DNA of 64,000 nucleotides from Octopus bimaculoides (lineage: Eukaryota): the NCBI RefSeq assembly GCF_001194135.2, contig NC_069000.1, forward strand, positions 3,034,614-3,098,613. Reading direction: 5' to 3'. The position numbers and the translations under genes are program-made. Of this stretch, positions 13,656 through 27,153 are shown piece by piece (within the stretch, counting starts at the first letter, position 1; the number at the start of each line of letters is the position of its first letter). Under the pieces are notes generated by a model that saw nothing but the letters and a program-made list of their open reading frames with translations, searched no databases and had not been told where the DNA came from.

Positions 13656-14541
13656 CACGTGTATGCATAGTTATAGTAGCCGAAGTACATTTCATCAACG
13701 AGAACTGAAGTCAGCTCCTAAGAAGAGTGAGTGTATTCGAGGACTACAACCCCAGAATGTCACCACGAGAAAATAACAAAAAAANNNNNNNNNNNNNNNN
13801 NNNNNNNNNNNNNNNNNNNNNNNNNNNNNNNNNNNNNNNNNNNNNNNNNNNNNNNNNNNNNNNNNNNNNNNNNNNNNNNNNNNNNNNNNNNNNNNNNNNN
13901 NNNNNNNNNNNNNNNNNNNNNNNNNNNNNNNNNNNNNNNNNNNNNNNNNNNNNNNNNNNNNNNNNNNNNNNNNNNNNNNNNNNNNNNNNNNNNNNNNNNN
14001 NNNNNNNNNNNNNNNNNNNNNNNNNNNNNNNNNNNNNNNNNNNNNNNNNNNNNNNNNNNNNNNNNNNNNNNNNNNNNNNNNNNNNNNNNNNNNNNNNNNN
14101 NNNNNNNNNNNNNNNNNNNNNNNNNNNNNNNNNNNNNNNNNNNNNNNNNNNNNNNNNNNNNNNNNNNNNNNNNNNNNNNNNNNNNNNNNNNNNNNNNNNN
14201 NNNNNNNNNNTATATATATATATATATATATATATCTCACACATACATATATTTCACTCTCTCACATACACACATGTATATATATTTCTCAGTACCATTC
14301 TCTACTTGTCTCTCAGTCAAGTTTTGCAGATATCAAGGAAATAACTGATGTGTACATTCGAAGAATAAGAAAAATATTAAAGACAACCTTACCTTATTCA
14401 TATTGTCCTCATTGGTTGCATGTGAACGCGGGCGTATATGTGTGTGCGCTGCTAGTATGCGCCTATTAATATCTGTATATATGTACATCTGTTTGTATCC
14501 GCATGCCATGGATACGCTGACAAACATATACAGTGTAAGAC

Positions 14542-14612
<71 letters not shown>

Positions 14613-15258
14613 CAATTAGAAACGTATGCAGCCACGTGAGCGCATGAACACACGTACACACAGAGATACACACATATATATTTAGACTGTAAGCTCATAG
14701 GCAGATATAAACACAAGCTCAAACGAACAATCGCAGAAACAGACACACGCGTACACGTACACCCATATATGCGTGTGTGTGGTGTGTATGTGCGTGTGCG
14801 CGTGTGTGCATGTGCGTGCGTGTGTGCATGTGTGTGCGTGTGAATGTAGATGTACATACATTTATAAATATAACATATATATATCATAAGTTTTTTGGGG
14901 TTTTTTTTCTTTTCTTGTTTTGCAAATTGTTATTAATCCGTAAAACTACTTATTCTATTCACTTCTATGGTTCTGTGAATAAGGTGCTCATTGGTGCGTG
15001 AAATATTGCATCGCATGGTTCATGGACGACTACGTACGTGGAAGGCAAATAATCTAGAAAGTCTTAAGTTTAGCGAGAGAGAAAGTTGTGACCTTCGTTT
15101 GCATAACGGAGTAAACAGATATTTTGGATTAGAAAGCAGAGGAGCAATAGGGAGGAACTAAATAGCGGAAAGTTCAGAGTCGAGAAACAAAGTAGCTATA
15201 CAATTATAGATTTATAGCGTTAATAGAGACAAAAATATGGAGAAATAATCGATGGAAA

Positions 15259-15289
<31 letters not shown>

Positions 15290-16010
15290 NNNNNNNNNNN
15301 NNNNNNNNNNNNNNNNNNNNNNNNNNNNNNNNNNNNNNNNNNNNNNNNNNNNNNNNNNNNNNNNNNNNNNNNNNNNNNNNNNNNNNNNNNNNNNNNNNNN
15401 NNNNNNNNNNNNNNNNNNNNNNNNNNNNNNNNNNNNNNNNNNNNNNNNNNNNNNNNNNNNNNNNNNNNNNNNNNNNNNNNNNNNNNNNNNNNNNNNNNNN
15501 NNNNNNNNNNNNNNNNNNNNNNNNNNNNNNNNNNNNNNNNNNNNNNNNNNNNNNNNNNNNNNNNNNNNNNNNNATATATATATAAACATGTGTGTATGCT
15601 TGCGTATGTGAGTTTGAGTGCGTACTTAAAGGTTAAAAATATGATTTCATACTCACATTTGTACATATGTGCGTACATTCTAGAATTGGTGCCTCTCAGA
15701 ATATGAATATATCTACACACACACACACATATATGTACACACACACACACATATATGTACACACGTATCAGTGGGTTTAGGTATTTATTATCATGGACAG
15801 CAGCTCACAACTTTTTTCCTCTCATCAGTTACATATCCGTGATATATACAAGCATTGTTTTCATTGCCAGATTCTCTTCAGAATACAGTATATCGGCAGA
15901 TATTATGTTCACAATATAATTATAAAAATACCTCCTATATACAGATAATAAAAAGATATGGCTGAAAACTACTGTATCAATCACAACAACGGGTTCATTT
16001 AAATGTTCGG

Positions 16011-16083
16011 GGAAAACGAACCTACGAATGGTTCATTTAAATGTTTGGTGGAATTTAAATGTTCCTTTCGTAGGTTCGTTTCC
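16011..16083. other. Imperfect stem-loop, pre-miRNA-like geometry
   Basis: 16014-16028 pairs perfectly with 16067-16081 (15 bp); 16034-16042 pairs with 16053-16061 (9 bp); 10-nt loop. The structure is certain, the function unknown. Confidence 0.6.
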
Positions 16084-18343
16084 ACTAACTGGCCCTGTGG
16101 ATTACATCTAGTTGTTGAAGGAAAACTCTTGAAAACATGTTGGTTAAGTATTACTTTGAATTCCATTGCCAATCCCCATTACATCAAAACTCTTCTTTTT
16201 TTCCTGAAATATATTCAATATTACATATGTATGCGGTGAACTCAGCCACTTACACCGGAACTTAATGAGTTCCGATGATCGAAAAATTTGATCTTAAGGG
16301 AGGTCTTTTCTTTATTTTTACAATTACAAATATTTTAGATATGCATACAAAATGAGACAAACGAACAACTTTACGAACCCTGTTATTCTACAAAAACAAA
16401 AACACAAAATAGCGATTATTGAAAAGTAATCCATATTGGATTATCACGCAAGTGTCATACCTTTAAAATTTTTCGCGTGACACCACAATTATTGCTTTTT
16501 CCTAAATGTACAGGAGATAATTAATTCAAAATTATTCATAAACCTTTTTCAACAACAACTTTATAATTATTATTTTTATTATTATCATTATTATTATTTG
16601 TTTTATTTTGTAACCTGTTCTTTTTCTAGAGAGATGACGTGTATTCATCTAATTCATTTTAACACTTATAAATTAGATTTCAATCTAATTTACATAATTT
16701 CTTTTATTATGTAAGTTACCGCAAAAATTTTTATCAGAACATGCAATAATTATTTCATATTCTCAATGAAAGTCAAGCAATTATTTCTATAAAATATAAA
16801 ACAGCACAATTATATTTCCAGTTAGATTTATGTAAATTATCCTAAATACAAACGCGAATTATTTTCATTTTCTTCATTCCTGGCATACTATAAAATTTTT
16901 CTATGAAAGATTCTCAGAATGACTTTCGGACTCCGAATTATAATTCTTCACCACTGAAACTATTTCTCATCCCATTCCTCCCTCTTCATGTGAAGGATTA
17001 CGTTTGAATTGAGCTTTACTTCCCATATGTAAATTTTCAGTCTTTATAAGGAATATGAACAATTGAAAACATCAAGAATTGCTCCTCAATTTAATTGCGT
17101 TCATAATTCGCATATTAGCAACGACCTACCGATGCTTTATAATTATCTCCTCAGAAATAATTGAAATTGGGAATCGAGAAATATTGGGATACAAGGAGGA
17201 ATAATAGAATAAAGACAATCAGAACTGCCCAGGCCAAAACCTCATTTGCATAAATATCAAATAGTTTGTTGAATTCTAAAAAATCTGTTCCGAGCCAATG
17301 AGACATCACTGGATTCAAACCGTTCGTTGCAAATATTTAAACATAATGCAAGGCTTTCACAATAGTTTCCTTTTGTTGTTTACGCCTGCAAAAGCTTGGC
17401 CTTCATTTATTCATTGGTACAAGATAGCTGAAGCAGTGGAGCATTAATTCGAGAGCATTAACCGTAGCAATCCTATTTGCATTGTTGAAGAATATGATCT
17501 GAATATTTAGGATCTCCAAAATATAGTTCCGATTTTTATACTCGAGAGGCCTTTTTTGCTATCTGAATGTGAGAATATGCAATACGTTTTGTGTATAGTG
17601 ATTGCTGAGATTAATGAGAGGTGATCACAAAACATCAGGCTATTTTTCTGTTGTGTATATTAAGGGATATAGTGAAAAGGTTGAATACAAGGAGACTAGT
17701 GATGTTCTGTGTTGTAACAAGACGCAATATAAAAATACAAAGAATTAGCTAGATATAATTCTGTGAGAAATAAGGACATATTATTAAGGGTTATTTTGAT
17801 GGTAAATTGATCAGATAATAAATCGAGATGGAAGTTCTCTCAGGGGATGAAAAAAAAATCTGTGACTGAAGAATTTTCGTGGAATATAAAGGTGCTTGTA
17901 GCTAATCTAAGCAGCTGTGTATAACAAAAAATAAGGTTTGGTGAAAGTGGTCTTTCAGATTTATTTACGAATACGAGGCTAACAGAAACAGATGTTTAGC
18001 TTCCATTTGAAGCGCAATCGTATGAAATATGTAAATATGATGAATTATTTTCAGGAAATGGAGTGTCACATTTGCAGATATGACAAATGTCTGAAAATGT
18101 GAATTACATCAAAGTGAAATGGCCAGTGGTCTATAAGCGAGAGATGGGAAATTACATATATATCTGACGGGAAAACGATTTGGAACAACCCATTCAGCTA
18201 ACATAGGAGGCTGCTTCTCTTGTTTTCACCGAATAATTTAATAATGTTTTACAATTATCTGTGCGAAAGAAACCGACCTCTGCGAAGTGTATAACGTACA
18301 TATATTTACAAAATAGCTATATACATATGCTTATTTGTGTGTG

Positions 18344-18426
<83 letters not shown>

Positions 18427-20120
18427 ATGTGTGTGTGTGTGTGTGTGTGAATTCGAGTGAGTGTGCGTGTGTATGCGAGTTTGTTTTCAATCTTCCTTAC
18501 AATAAAGTCTACCATACTTTATAGAAGTAAAAAAGATTATACAAAACGAAAGTTTCTATTCGTTACGCAATTACAAGTCTACTGAACTCGTGCCATAAAC
18601 CTAATGTAATGATTTTATGGCTGAAAATAACACTGCGCTCAACAGATAAGCTATGTTGTCCAAGCCACTATATCAATTTCCCGTTTCCTCTCAAATTTAT
18701 ACGAACTGCCCAAAAACCGAATATTTACCTTTGGGAAATAGCTGGCTTTTTATTTCCAATTGCCTGGGCATGCCTATATATGTGTGTGTGTGTGTGTGTG
18801 TGTACACATAAACACGTGTGCGTGCTTATTTTTCTTAATGATTTAATATCATTTAAACAATGTGACAATAATGTTATGTAATTTTTTCCATTCGCAATAT
18901 TCTAATTTTATTCTATATTTAGAAGACTAGAGAAAACATTTACGTTAACCGATTAATTGGAAACTTTTGGCGACATTAAAATATCTCAATAGCGCTATTT
19001 TCTAATATTTAAATATACAGAGAGAGGGGCATAGAGAGAGTAAGGGAGTGGAAGGAGAGAAACAGCAAGGTGAGAGAGAGGAAGATAAATAGATCGATAG
19101 CTAAGCAGATGTGCATGTGTATGAGTGCATGAAGATTTTGTTAATTACCAGATGAGTGGCCTAAGAATGGCTTAGTGCCGAGATGCAACTTAGTATTCGA
19201 CAACATAATAAACTGCCTAGGATGAGCCTATGCATAGTCGTTATATTAATGATGTCTTGTTCTGGATAATCTCAGTTTCCCTCACGTCAGAATATCCCAA
19301 AACGAAATACATATGCCATGAAGTGAATGAGGCACAAATAATCACACATAAACACACACACAGTGCGTGCGTGCGTGCGTGCGTGCGTGCGTGTGTGTGT
19401 GTCCAGTGTATCTTCACTTTTCCATTAGTCCCATTCTGGTGTGTAGTATTACTTCAGGTTAATCTTGAAAGAGCACAGCCATTACCTAAACTGATTTCAG
19501 ACATGCCCAAACGCTCAGCTTTTTATCAGGTGGAGCTTTTATGTTGTGAAGCTACGTTTCAGTTTGAGGACTATTTCTTTGCTATTTCTAGCAGAGGGAA
19601 AAAGATAGATAGATAGAGAGAGAGAGAGTCCGAGAAGGAATGGGGGCTAACAGATGTTTCGTTGGCGCGCGGTCCACAGAAAAAACTGTGAGAATTTTCC
19701 ACTCGGTCTCCGTTCTGAATCCTGCCCCTTATTTCCTTATATGTATCTTGTTTCTATAATAGTCTGTGTGTCTGTGTAACTATCGGTCAATATATTTCAC
19801 TCTTTTTATCTTGCTCTTCTTCTCGCTTCTCTGTGTCTGTATTCGACAAATCTACCGCAACGACAGGCATCCTGGCAATCCAGACTTACCAGCCGTTTCA
19901 TTACAGGTCTAACAATTCAGTACCATACACTACGCAGCTCTAGGAATTTTTCTCCTTCCCACAGACACACCATCGTTAAAATGATGGATTATTTATTACC
20001 CTCTCTTTGGACACATGACATGTTTAAGTCGCTTAATTACACAGGCCGCCTTTAATTTGATTTTACGGATGTATATGTTTGTACGTACTTACGTAAGAAA
20101 TTTTATACATACACACCCAA

Positions 20121-20181
<61 letters not shown>

Positions 20182-22366
20182 CGTGCGCGCGAAGGAGAAT
20201 GCGTTAGTGTGTATGTGTCTGTGTGTGATCTTTTTCCTCGGTGGATTTTAAAGGCTGTAATTTATAACATTTTATGAGGTGTACACGTTCTACACGATTA
20301 ATTGCCTCCCTTTCATTTTTCAGGCGATTATTTTTGTATGTTATTTTTACATTTTAATATCCTTACAGTCATGTATACCTCCTCTTTTCATATATTCTCT
20401 GTTACTCACTCTTTCTTCCTCTCTCTCTCTCTCATTGATACACACAGACGTACAAGCACATCGAGTCTGTTTAACTTTTTCCTCTCTTTCTTACCCAGTT
20501 TAATGTTAGAGCAAATGACGCACAGAAAATCTCTATTTTTAACATTTTTCTCCACTGATACTTAGAAATATAGTAACCAACACAAACTTAAGAATGTAAA
20601 AAAAAAATATCAAGTTTCGCTGACTTATCAGTATGTCTGCTTATCAATGGCGTTTATATAAAATACAACTTTCACTGTCGTTTGTATAAATTACAACTTT
20701 TACTTTTATCTTTTTATTTGTATTTTATTTTATCTTAATTTTTCTATTTAGGTGAAATTGGTATATTATAGCTCAAAGTCTGTTGGAAATTTGTGGTATT
20801 CTTAATCCCCTTTAACACAAAGTAATTCAATTATTATAATTGATGTTATGTAATGGATAAACAGACACGATAGGATGGTTTAAATCCCTCTAAATACTGG
20901 TTTTCTCAACCCTCCCTAATGTGTCTTTGTATATCGTCTTTCGCACATTCATTTTGTAGGCTCCAGGCAGGGATGCACATTAGTGTTGCGGAGGTAAAGT
21001 TGACAATAATGGGATACATATTTGCGCATCACTCCACAAGGTTCCATAGCAAGAACAACTGCAATACGAAAATAATGATACATACATATATGCATACACA
21101 CACATATATACATATATTACGGCAGTAATGAGGTAGAAATTTAGAAAGATTAAGTGGAATGATGATATAGTGTGATACAGATTGTTTTTTTCCAAATTTC
21201 TTATTTTTATCCATTATAGATATGGAATCTTTGCTTTTGTGATATAGTTATCAAGGGCGCTCATACGCCTGTACATGTGTCTCTTGTTATTTTTGTCTAC
21301 TATTAGTGTGTTTGTACGTCATTCCAACCGTTGCTTGCAGTAGTTCCATCCAGGAAAAACGTAGTAGCTATACAAATGTTTAAATAAAATGCAGTAAATC
21401 ATAAAATATAAATATGTGTATGTGTGTGTATAGTTATGTATGTGCGTCTAGTTTGAATTTCTGTGTAAAACAAATGTCTCTCATGCAAATATTTTCACAC
21501 TTTTTTCTACCTGAAAAAGCATGAAATGCGTAAACACTATCCGATATATGTATTTTTTGTCTTCCTTAAACAAGGGAAAAGTTACGCAAAACACGGTGAC
21601 GAAAATAAATATTTATTGTACGTGACTGGTACGAGTTTTACACAATTCATGTAATACGTATTTTTTTCATATGCCAAAAAGTCTATAGCAACATGTGCGT
21701 TTTATCATGTTATGCACACACACAAACACTCACACACACACACACACACTTATTCTCTTCACACGCACACCGGAAGTAATGCAAAATCTGGCCTAACTCT
21801 TTTTTTCAGCTTACATAGGTTCGTAAAATTGAAGATACTGATAAAGTTACACACTGATTAATACGTTTTGGGTTTCTATTTTTCACTCCTGCGAAATCAT
21901 AGGCTCTGACAGAAAGCTACTACCAGTCATTGGGTTCTAGACAAACGAAGGTGCAAGATTCCGACGTTCTAGACGATGACGTCACTGAAAAGTAAAATAT
22001 GATGAATTGGGAGTTGAAAGAACATGTAAAATGGGACTGAAGACTAATCCACGCTGTGAGAAACAATCAGCCGTGAGAAATGAGAGGAAGGGTTAATGAA
22101 TAAAAGAGATGATTAGACAAATAGATAGACACAGATACGTGTGTTGCAGCATATGTCTCCATTTGTTTTTATGTGGTGTCTAAATTTCGTTATGGTTGAC
22201 TGATTAGGTCCCGTTAATTAGGATTTCGACAATCAATCGTTAAAATAAGTACCAAACGCAAACCAGTAATCGGGCCCATATATTTAAATTAAACCCCCGA
22301 AGGTGATACTTGAGCATTACAGATGGCTAATCACCAAAACGCACATACACGCACACACATGAACAC

Positions 22367-22416
<50 letters not shown>

Positions 22417-23814
22417 GTATGTTTGTGTGTGTGAGTGAGTGTGCGTGCATGCGGTATATGTACCTGGATGAAAGTGCTTAAGGATATAGAGTTGTGGCTT
22501 TCAATTACGTATACAAAGTACACACACAGGACTAATTAAGAGTAAGACGCGATGTGTCTGGGTGAATTATGCAGAGAAGAGAGCTTAAGGCCGCACAAGA
22601 TAAAGCGAAAGAGAATACAGCCGAGAATGAGAGAGAGAGGTGAGAGAACGTGAGAAACAGATGCTGTCGTGATTAACGATCTAATTAAATTAGCGAATAT
22701 ATATCTAACAAGCTTCTTTATCACCGTAGTACGAAACACAGCACATTTAAGAACATGGCACTTTACGCGCGCACACACACACACACACANNNNNNNNNNN
22801 NNNNNNNNNNNNNNNNNNNNNNNNNNNNNNNNNNNNNNNNNNNNNNNNNNNNNNNNNNNNNNNNNNNNNNNNNNNNNNNNNNNNNNNNNNNNNNNNNNNN
22901 NNNNNNNNNNNNNNNNNNNNNNNNNNNNNNNNNNNNNNNNNNNNNNNNNNNNNNNNNNNNNNNNNNNNNNNNNNNNNNNNNNNNNNNNNNNNNNNNNNNN
23001 NNNNNNNNNNNNNNNNNNNNNNNNNNNNNNNNNNNNNNNNNNNNNNNNNNNNNNNNNNNNNNNNNNNNNNNNNNNNNNNNNNNNNNNNNNNNNNNNNNNN
23101 NNNNNNNNNNNNNNNNNNNNNNNNNNNNNNNNNNNNNNNNNNNNNNNNNNNNNNNNNNNNNNNNNNNNNNNNNNNNNNNNNNNNNNNNNNNNNNNNNNNN
23201 NNNNNNNNNNNNNNNNNNNNNNNNNNNNNNNNNNNNNNNNNNNNNNNNNNNNNNNNNNNNNNNNNNNNNNNNNNNNNNNNNNNNNNNNNNNNNNNNNNNN
23301 NNNNNNNNNNNNNNNNNNNNNNNNNNNNNNNNNNNNNNNNNNNNNNNNNNNNNNNNNNNNNNNNNNNNNNNNNNNNNNNNTATATGCGTTTTAATGTTTG
23401 TTTATACAGAATGATTTTATTCAGTTAATTATTAGTGTCAGATATAATCAGCAACTCTTGTTGTCCATGCCAACAGTGTTGCTGAAACCTATCTATGCTC
23501 ATCTCCATATGAGCAATGGACAGCACTTTCATAAAAATTCTTTTAATCTCTCTAATTCAATCTTGTTGAAATATTTCTCTGTCGTTTTCCCACGCAATCT
23601 ACAACAGTACCCACACTTATACATGTACACACCGACAGACATACCCACAGGTATATACAAGAGGCTCGGCATAATACTTACCTACACTGACGATCGCAAA
23701 GTCATGGTTTCGATTCACGGACTAAAGTTGTGATGTGGTAAATGTGCAAAGAGAAAACAAAACAGAAAAAAATAATAATTTCACTTTGTTCTTCTTCCGT
23801 TCACCTAGCTGCAG

Positions 23815-23992
23815 ATTCTTTGCTCCGCAAGAGAATGGTATCCCTCCGGGAAGAATGATGGCCTCTCCACTCAGTCGGAAGATGGCTTCATTCGAAAGAT
23901 ACAACAATGCGGAGAAAACATTGTATATGATAGACTACCAACAAAATTATTCGTGGCCGAGAATTTTGGAAGTTGGAGCCACAGAGATATGA
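23815..23992 (+). CDS. Candidate 3'-terminal coding exon of an unidentified gene (FFAPQENG...PRILEVGATEI*)
   Basis: Pyrimidine tract and acceptor (TTTGTTCTTCTTCCGTTCACCTAGCTGCAG|A), 58 open codons in higher-GC non-repetitive sequence, stop at 23990-23992, AATAAA at 24035-24040. No homolog recognised. Confidence 0.4.
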
Positions 23993-24291
23993 ATGGTTCT
24001 TGTGTCACATGTTTATATGTGCTTATATAGAAAAAATAAACACGTAAACATCTGATTGAACTGTATACGACGTTTAAGGAAGGTAGCCTCTATGCAGCGC
24101 TTCATGCTGTTAGAAATAACGGCATATATATATCTACCTGTCTACATATATATATATATATATATAAGAGAGAGAGAAAGAGAGAGAGGGAGAGATAGAT
24201 CGATAGATAAATAGATAGAGCTACATTTATATAAACCGCTGTGCTTGCTGGTGCCTATGTTTTCGTGACTGCAAATCTATTGTTCTCTATC

Positions 24292-24332
<41 letters not shown>

Positions 24333-25659
24333 GCGTACTCGTGCATATGTATATATTACACTGCTAGGAAACACACAGACACAAATAATTTGCCGATAAA
24401 TTAAATCAATCTGAACTAGAATGAAGTATTTGAAGTGTCCGTAAAAATTTAATTATCAGCATTCCAGTAGACAAACCGAAGCGAAAATATTTTACTTACA
24501 TTTGTATGTATTCATTAGAATTAAAACATATTTCAAGGCAAAATAAAACATAAAATAAATAATATATGTAAGGAAATTTTAATGTGATTTATCAATTTTC
24601 TGTTGGCAGAGATAGCGATGACTGCGATACATACTTCTAAATATATTATATATATATTTTTTCTGATTATAAATGTAAATTCTTCTTTTGTTGGGAACGA
24701 ATTATCCGTCACAATATTTTTGAATTCAGAATAATATAAAGTAAATATAGTTCTTTGTTATTCGCTAATCCTCATTCAAAGCCTAGATATGGCGTGTATG
24801 TTATTAACAAATATCAAGTGCGATATTTTAATATTTTATGCGCGACAGGAGATGCGATGAATATAGAAGGAATACTTTGATGATATATAAGCTCGACCAT
24901 ACCTTACTTGATCTGCAGCTAAACAGTCGTTGTTAACAATGGTGTTGTTACTGATGCGAGCTACTTACATCTAATGTAGGGGTTCTAAATTTGAAGATGT
25001 TCCAGCTATTTTAATTATATTTACTTGTTAAATGATGCTTCCGAATTGCATTGACAAATATCTACTTCTCTTTCTGTGGATATATGATTATTTGTAGTAG
25101 AGTCGATGGAATCTGGCTCTAAGTGATCCATCAGCCATGCCGAGGGAGGCGTGTTAACTACGTGGAATTACAATACTGATTATTTTTATTAAGAGAACAT
25201 CTGCCATCACTACAATGAAAAATATTATAGTAAATGCATGTGATGCTGTTGAGTAAAGATTCCGGAAGGTTTCCATTCCTAGGAATAACTTTCATTCACT
25301 CTTGTCGCTAACGTCCTATAGGAAGTTTCGCATTTTAAAGGGATTGTTGAAACGAAACGACGTCAGTAATTCTATTCCGTATTATGTGTTTCTAGTATTA
25401 AACTGTTTCGGTCACTTTTTTTCTTTTTGTCGAAATCGCTAAATTACAGTCATTAAGATTATCAACACCGGTTGTCAAGTGTTTGAGTGCATACACCGCC
25501 CCACCGTCTCCTATGCCTACTGTTACTCTCACCCCAGCACGAGCAAGTGTCATTGAATAATGAAAGATTAAGTCAAAGTGTGACACACGGACACACAAAT
25601 TTTCGCATTTATTATATATATAAACCCACATATATGCTCATGCATATATATTCCCGCAC

Positions 25660-25731
<72 letters not shown>

Positions 25732-26552
25732 ATACCCCTACATATATACATATATACTCCCAATACAAAGACACCCACAGATACATACACACACACACAC
25801 ACACATACATACATCCATATGCATGTAGACACACACATTCATATACACACGTACAAACACTCACACACACATTTAAACTGTTGTGTAATGTTAAACTCCT
25901 AACTTCAGAAGCAACATTAATATCTATATCTCAATATATTTCTGTTCTATATTTGAATAGCAGCAACATGGTACCAATTACCAGCAGAGTAACTAGTAAT
26001 ACATTTTAAATATCCGCTACTCTAAATAGACTGAACCGTCTTAAGATGAATTGAAACATAGAGAATTACTTGTCAGCTGCCAACTTTAATTTACCGGGCA
26101 AAAACATGAATCATGTACGACATACTTCTAACAATTAGTAGTAGGTTTCCATTGAAAAGACCCACACGGTTGATGTTGTATGGATGAATGTGATTCCCTA
26201 AATGGCAATTTTACCGCAGGCAGTAGGCGTCATAATTTATATTGTTAATCATGGAGAATGATGTAAGAGAATATGCATCTGTTGCTTGCACAACTGAATT
26301 ATCTTCCCTTTGATTTAAGAGGTGTTTCTTGACCGAGTAGGTGGTCGAGTATTCCTTGGATACGTGTAATGTTAATGTAATGCTCAGTCAGATGTGGAAG
26401 CTTCAACGAGATCTTATCTCACCCATTAAAAAATAAAATACTCTGCTTTTTTTTTTAACTGTTTTCAGAGAAAGGTCTATGGCCATGCGAGAAAACCACC
26501 TTGGGGTGTTTTGGGAACAATATTGCCCTACCCGTACTTTATTTCAGTGGCC

Positions 26553-27119
26553 TTAGTATCGGGTGTCCTCCGGAGGCCAAGAGTAGCAAGGACTGGGCAC
26601 TTTTGTTTTGCTATACATGGTGAATTTTATAATCACATTTACCCCATTTTTGATAGAGAGTGTCTTCTGTAGTATATAGGCTGTACTCATCAAGGTTATG
26701 TTCTGTAGTTCACGGAGATTGGATCTACTAGGAAGTTCATTAATATACTTCTCAACTCCCATCTTTATCATTCTCAATGCATCAATTACTATTGGTATTT
26801 TTGTAGTACTAAGCCTTCCACATGTTTGTGAATTCAATTTGCAGATCTTTATAGTGAGAAACTTTTTAGTATTCCCTTCATGAGACTTTTTGATCTTGTG
26901 GGACAGACGAGCTCATCTGTTGTAGTCCTTGATCACAATATCTGGTCCATTGGAATCAGTTTTTCTGTGTGTTCGTATTGAGAAATTCGAAAGGATGATG
27001 ATGCCCTCGCCATTGACTACGTCCTCTGCATGGTACTTGTACCACTTATCATGGGAGTTCATTTTGTAGTATTTACAGGCATTCCCGTGGATGTACTGCC
27101 CTAGTCTGTCATGTCTTAG

Positions 27120-27120
<1 letters not shown>
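26553..27120 (-). mobile_element. 5'-truncated, degraded non-LTR retrotransposon fragment (R4/Dong-like RLE domain plus probable 3' UTR)
   Basis: Minus translation LRHDRLGQYIHGNACKYY...KWYKYHAEDVVNGEGIIILSNFSIRTHRKTDSNGPDIVIKD... then KIPIVIDALRMIK...LRELQNITLMSTAYILQKTLSI. Same domain as 8221-8580 but a different subfamily. The 5' junction abuts (AGT)n at 27121-27153. Confidence 0.85.

Positions 27121-27153
<33 letters not shown>

Noticed and set aside
17238-17302. Octamer ATTTGCAT plus CCAAT (histone H2B or snRNA promoter-like)
   Set aside because: No histone ORF or snRNA follows, and such short motifs are expected by chance in AT-rich DNA.
23815-23992. Naming the gene Delta because of the ATEI terminus
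   Set aside because: A four-residue motif is insufficient, and no DSL, EGF or transmembrane exon was found in the readable sequence.
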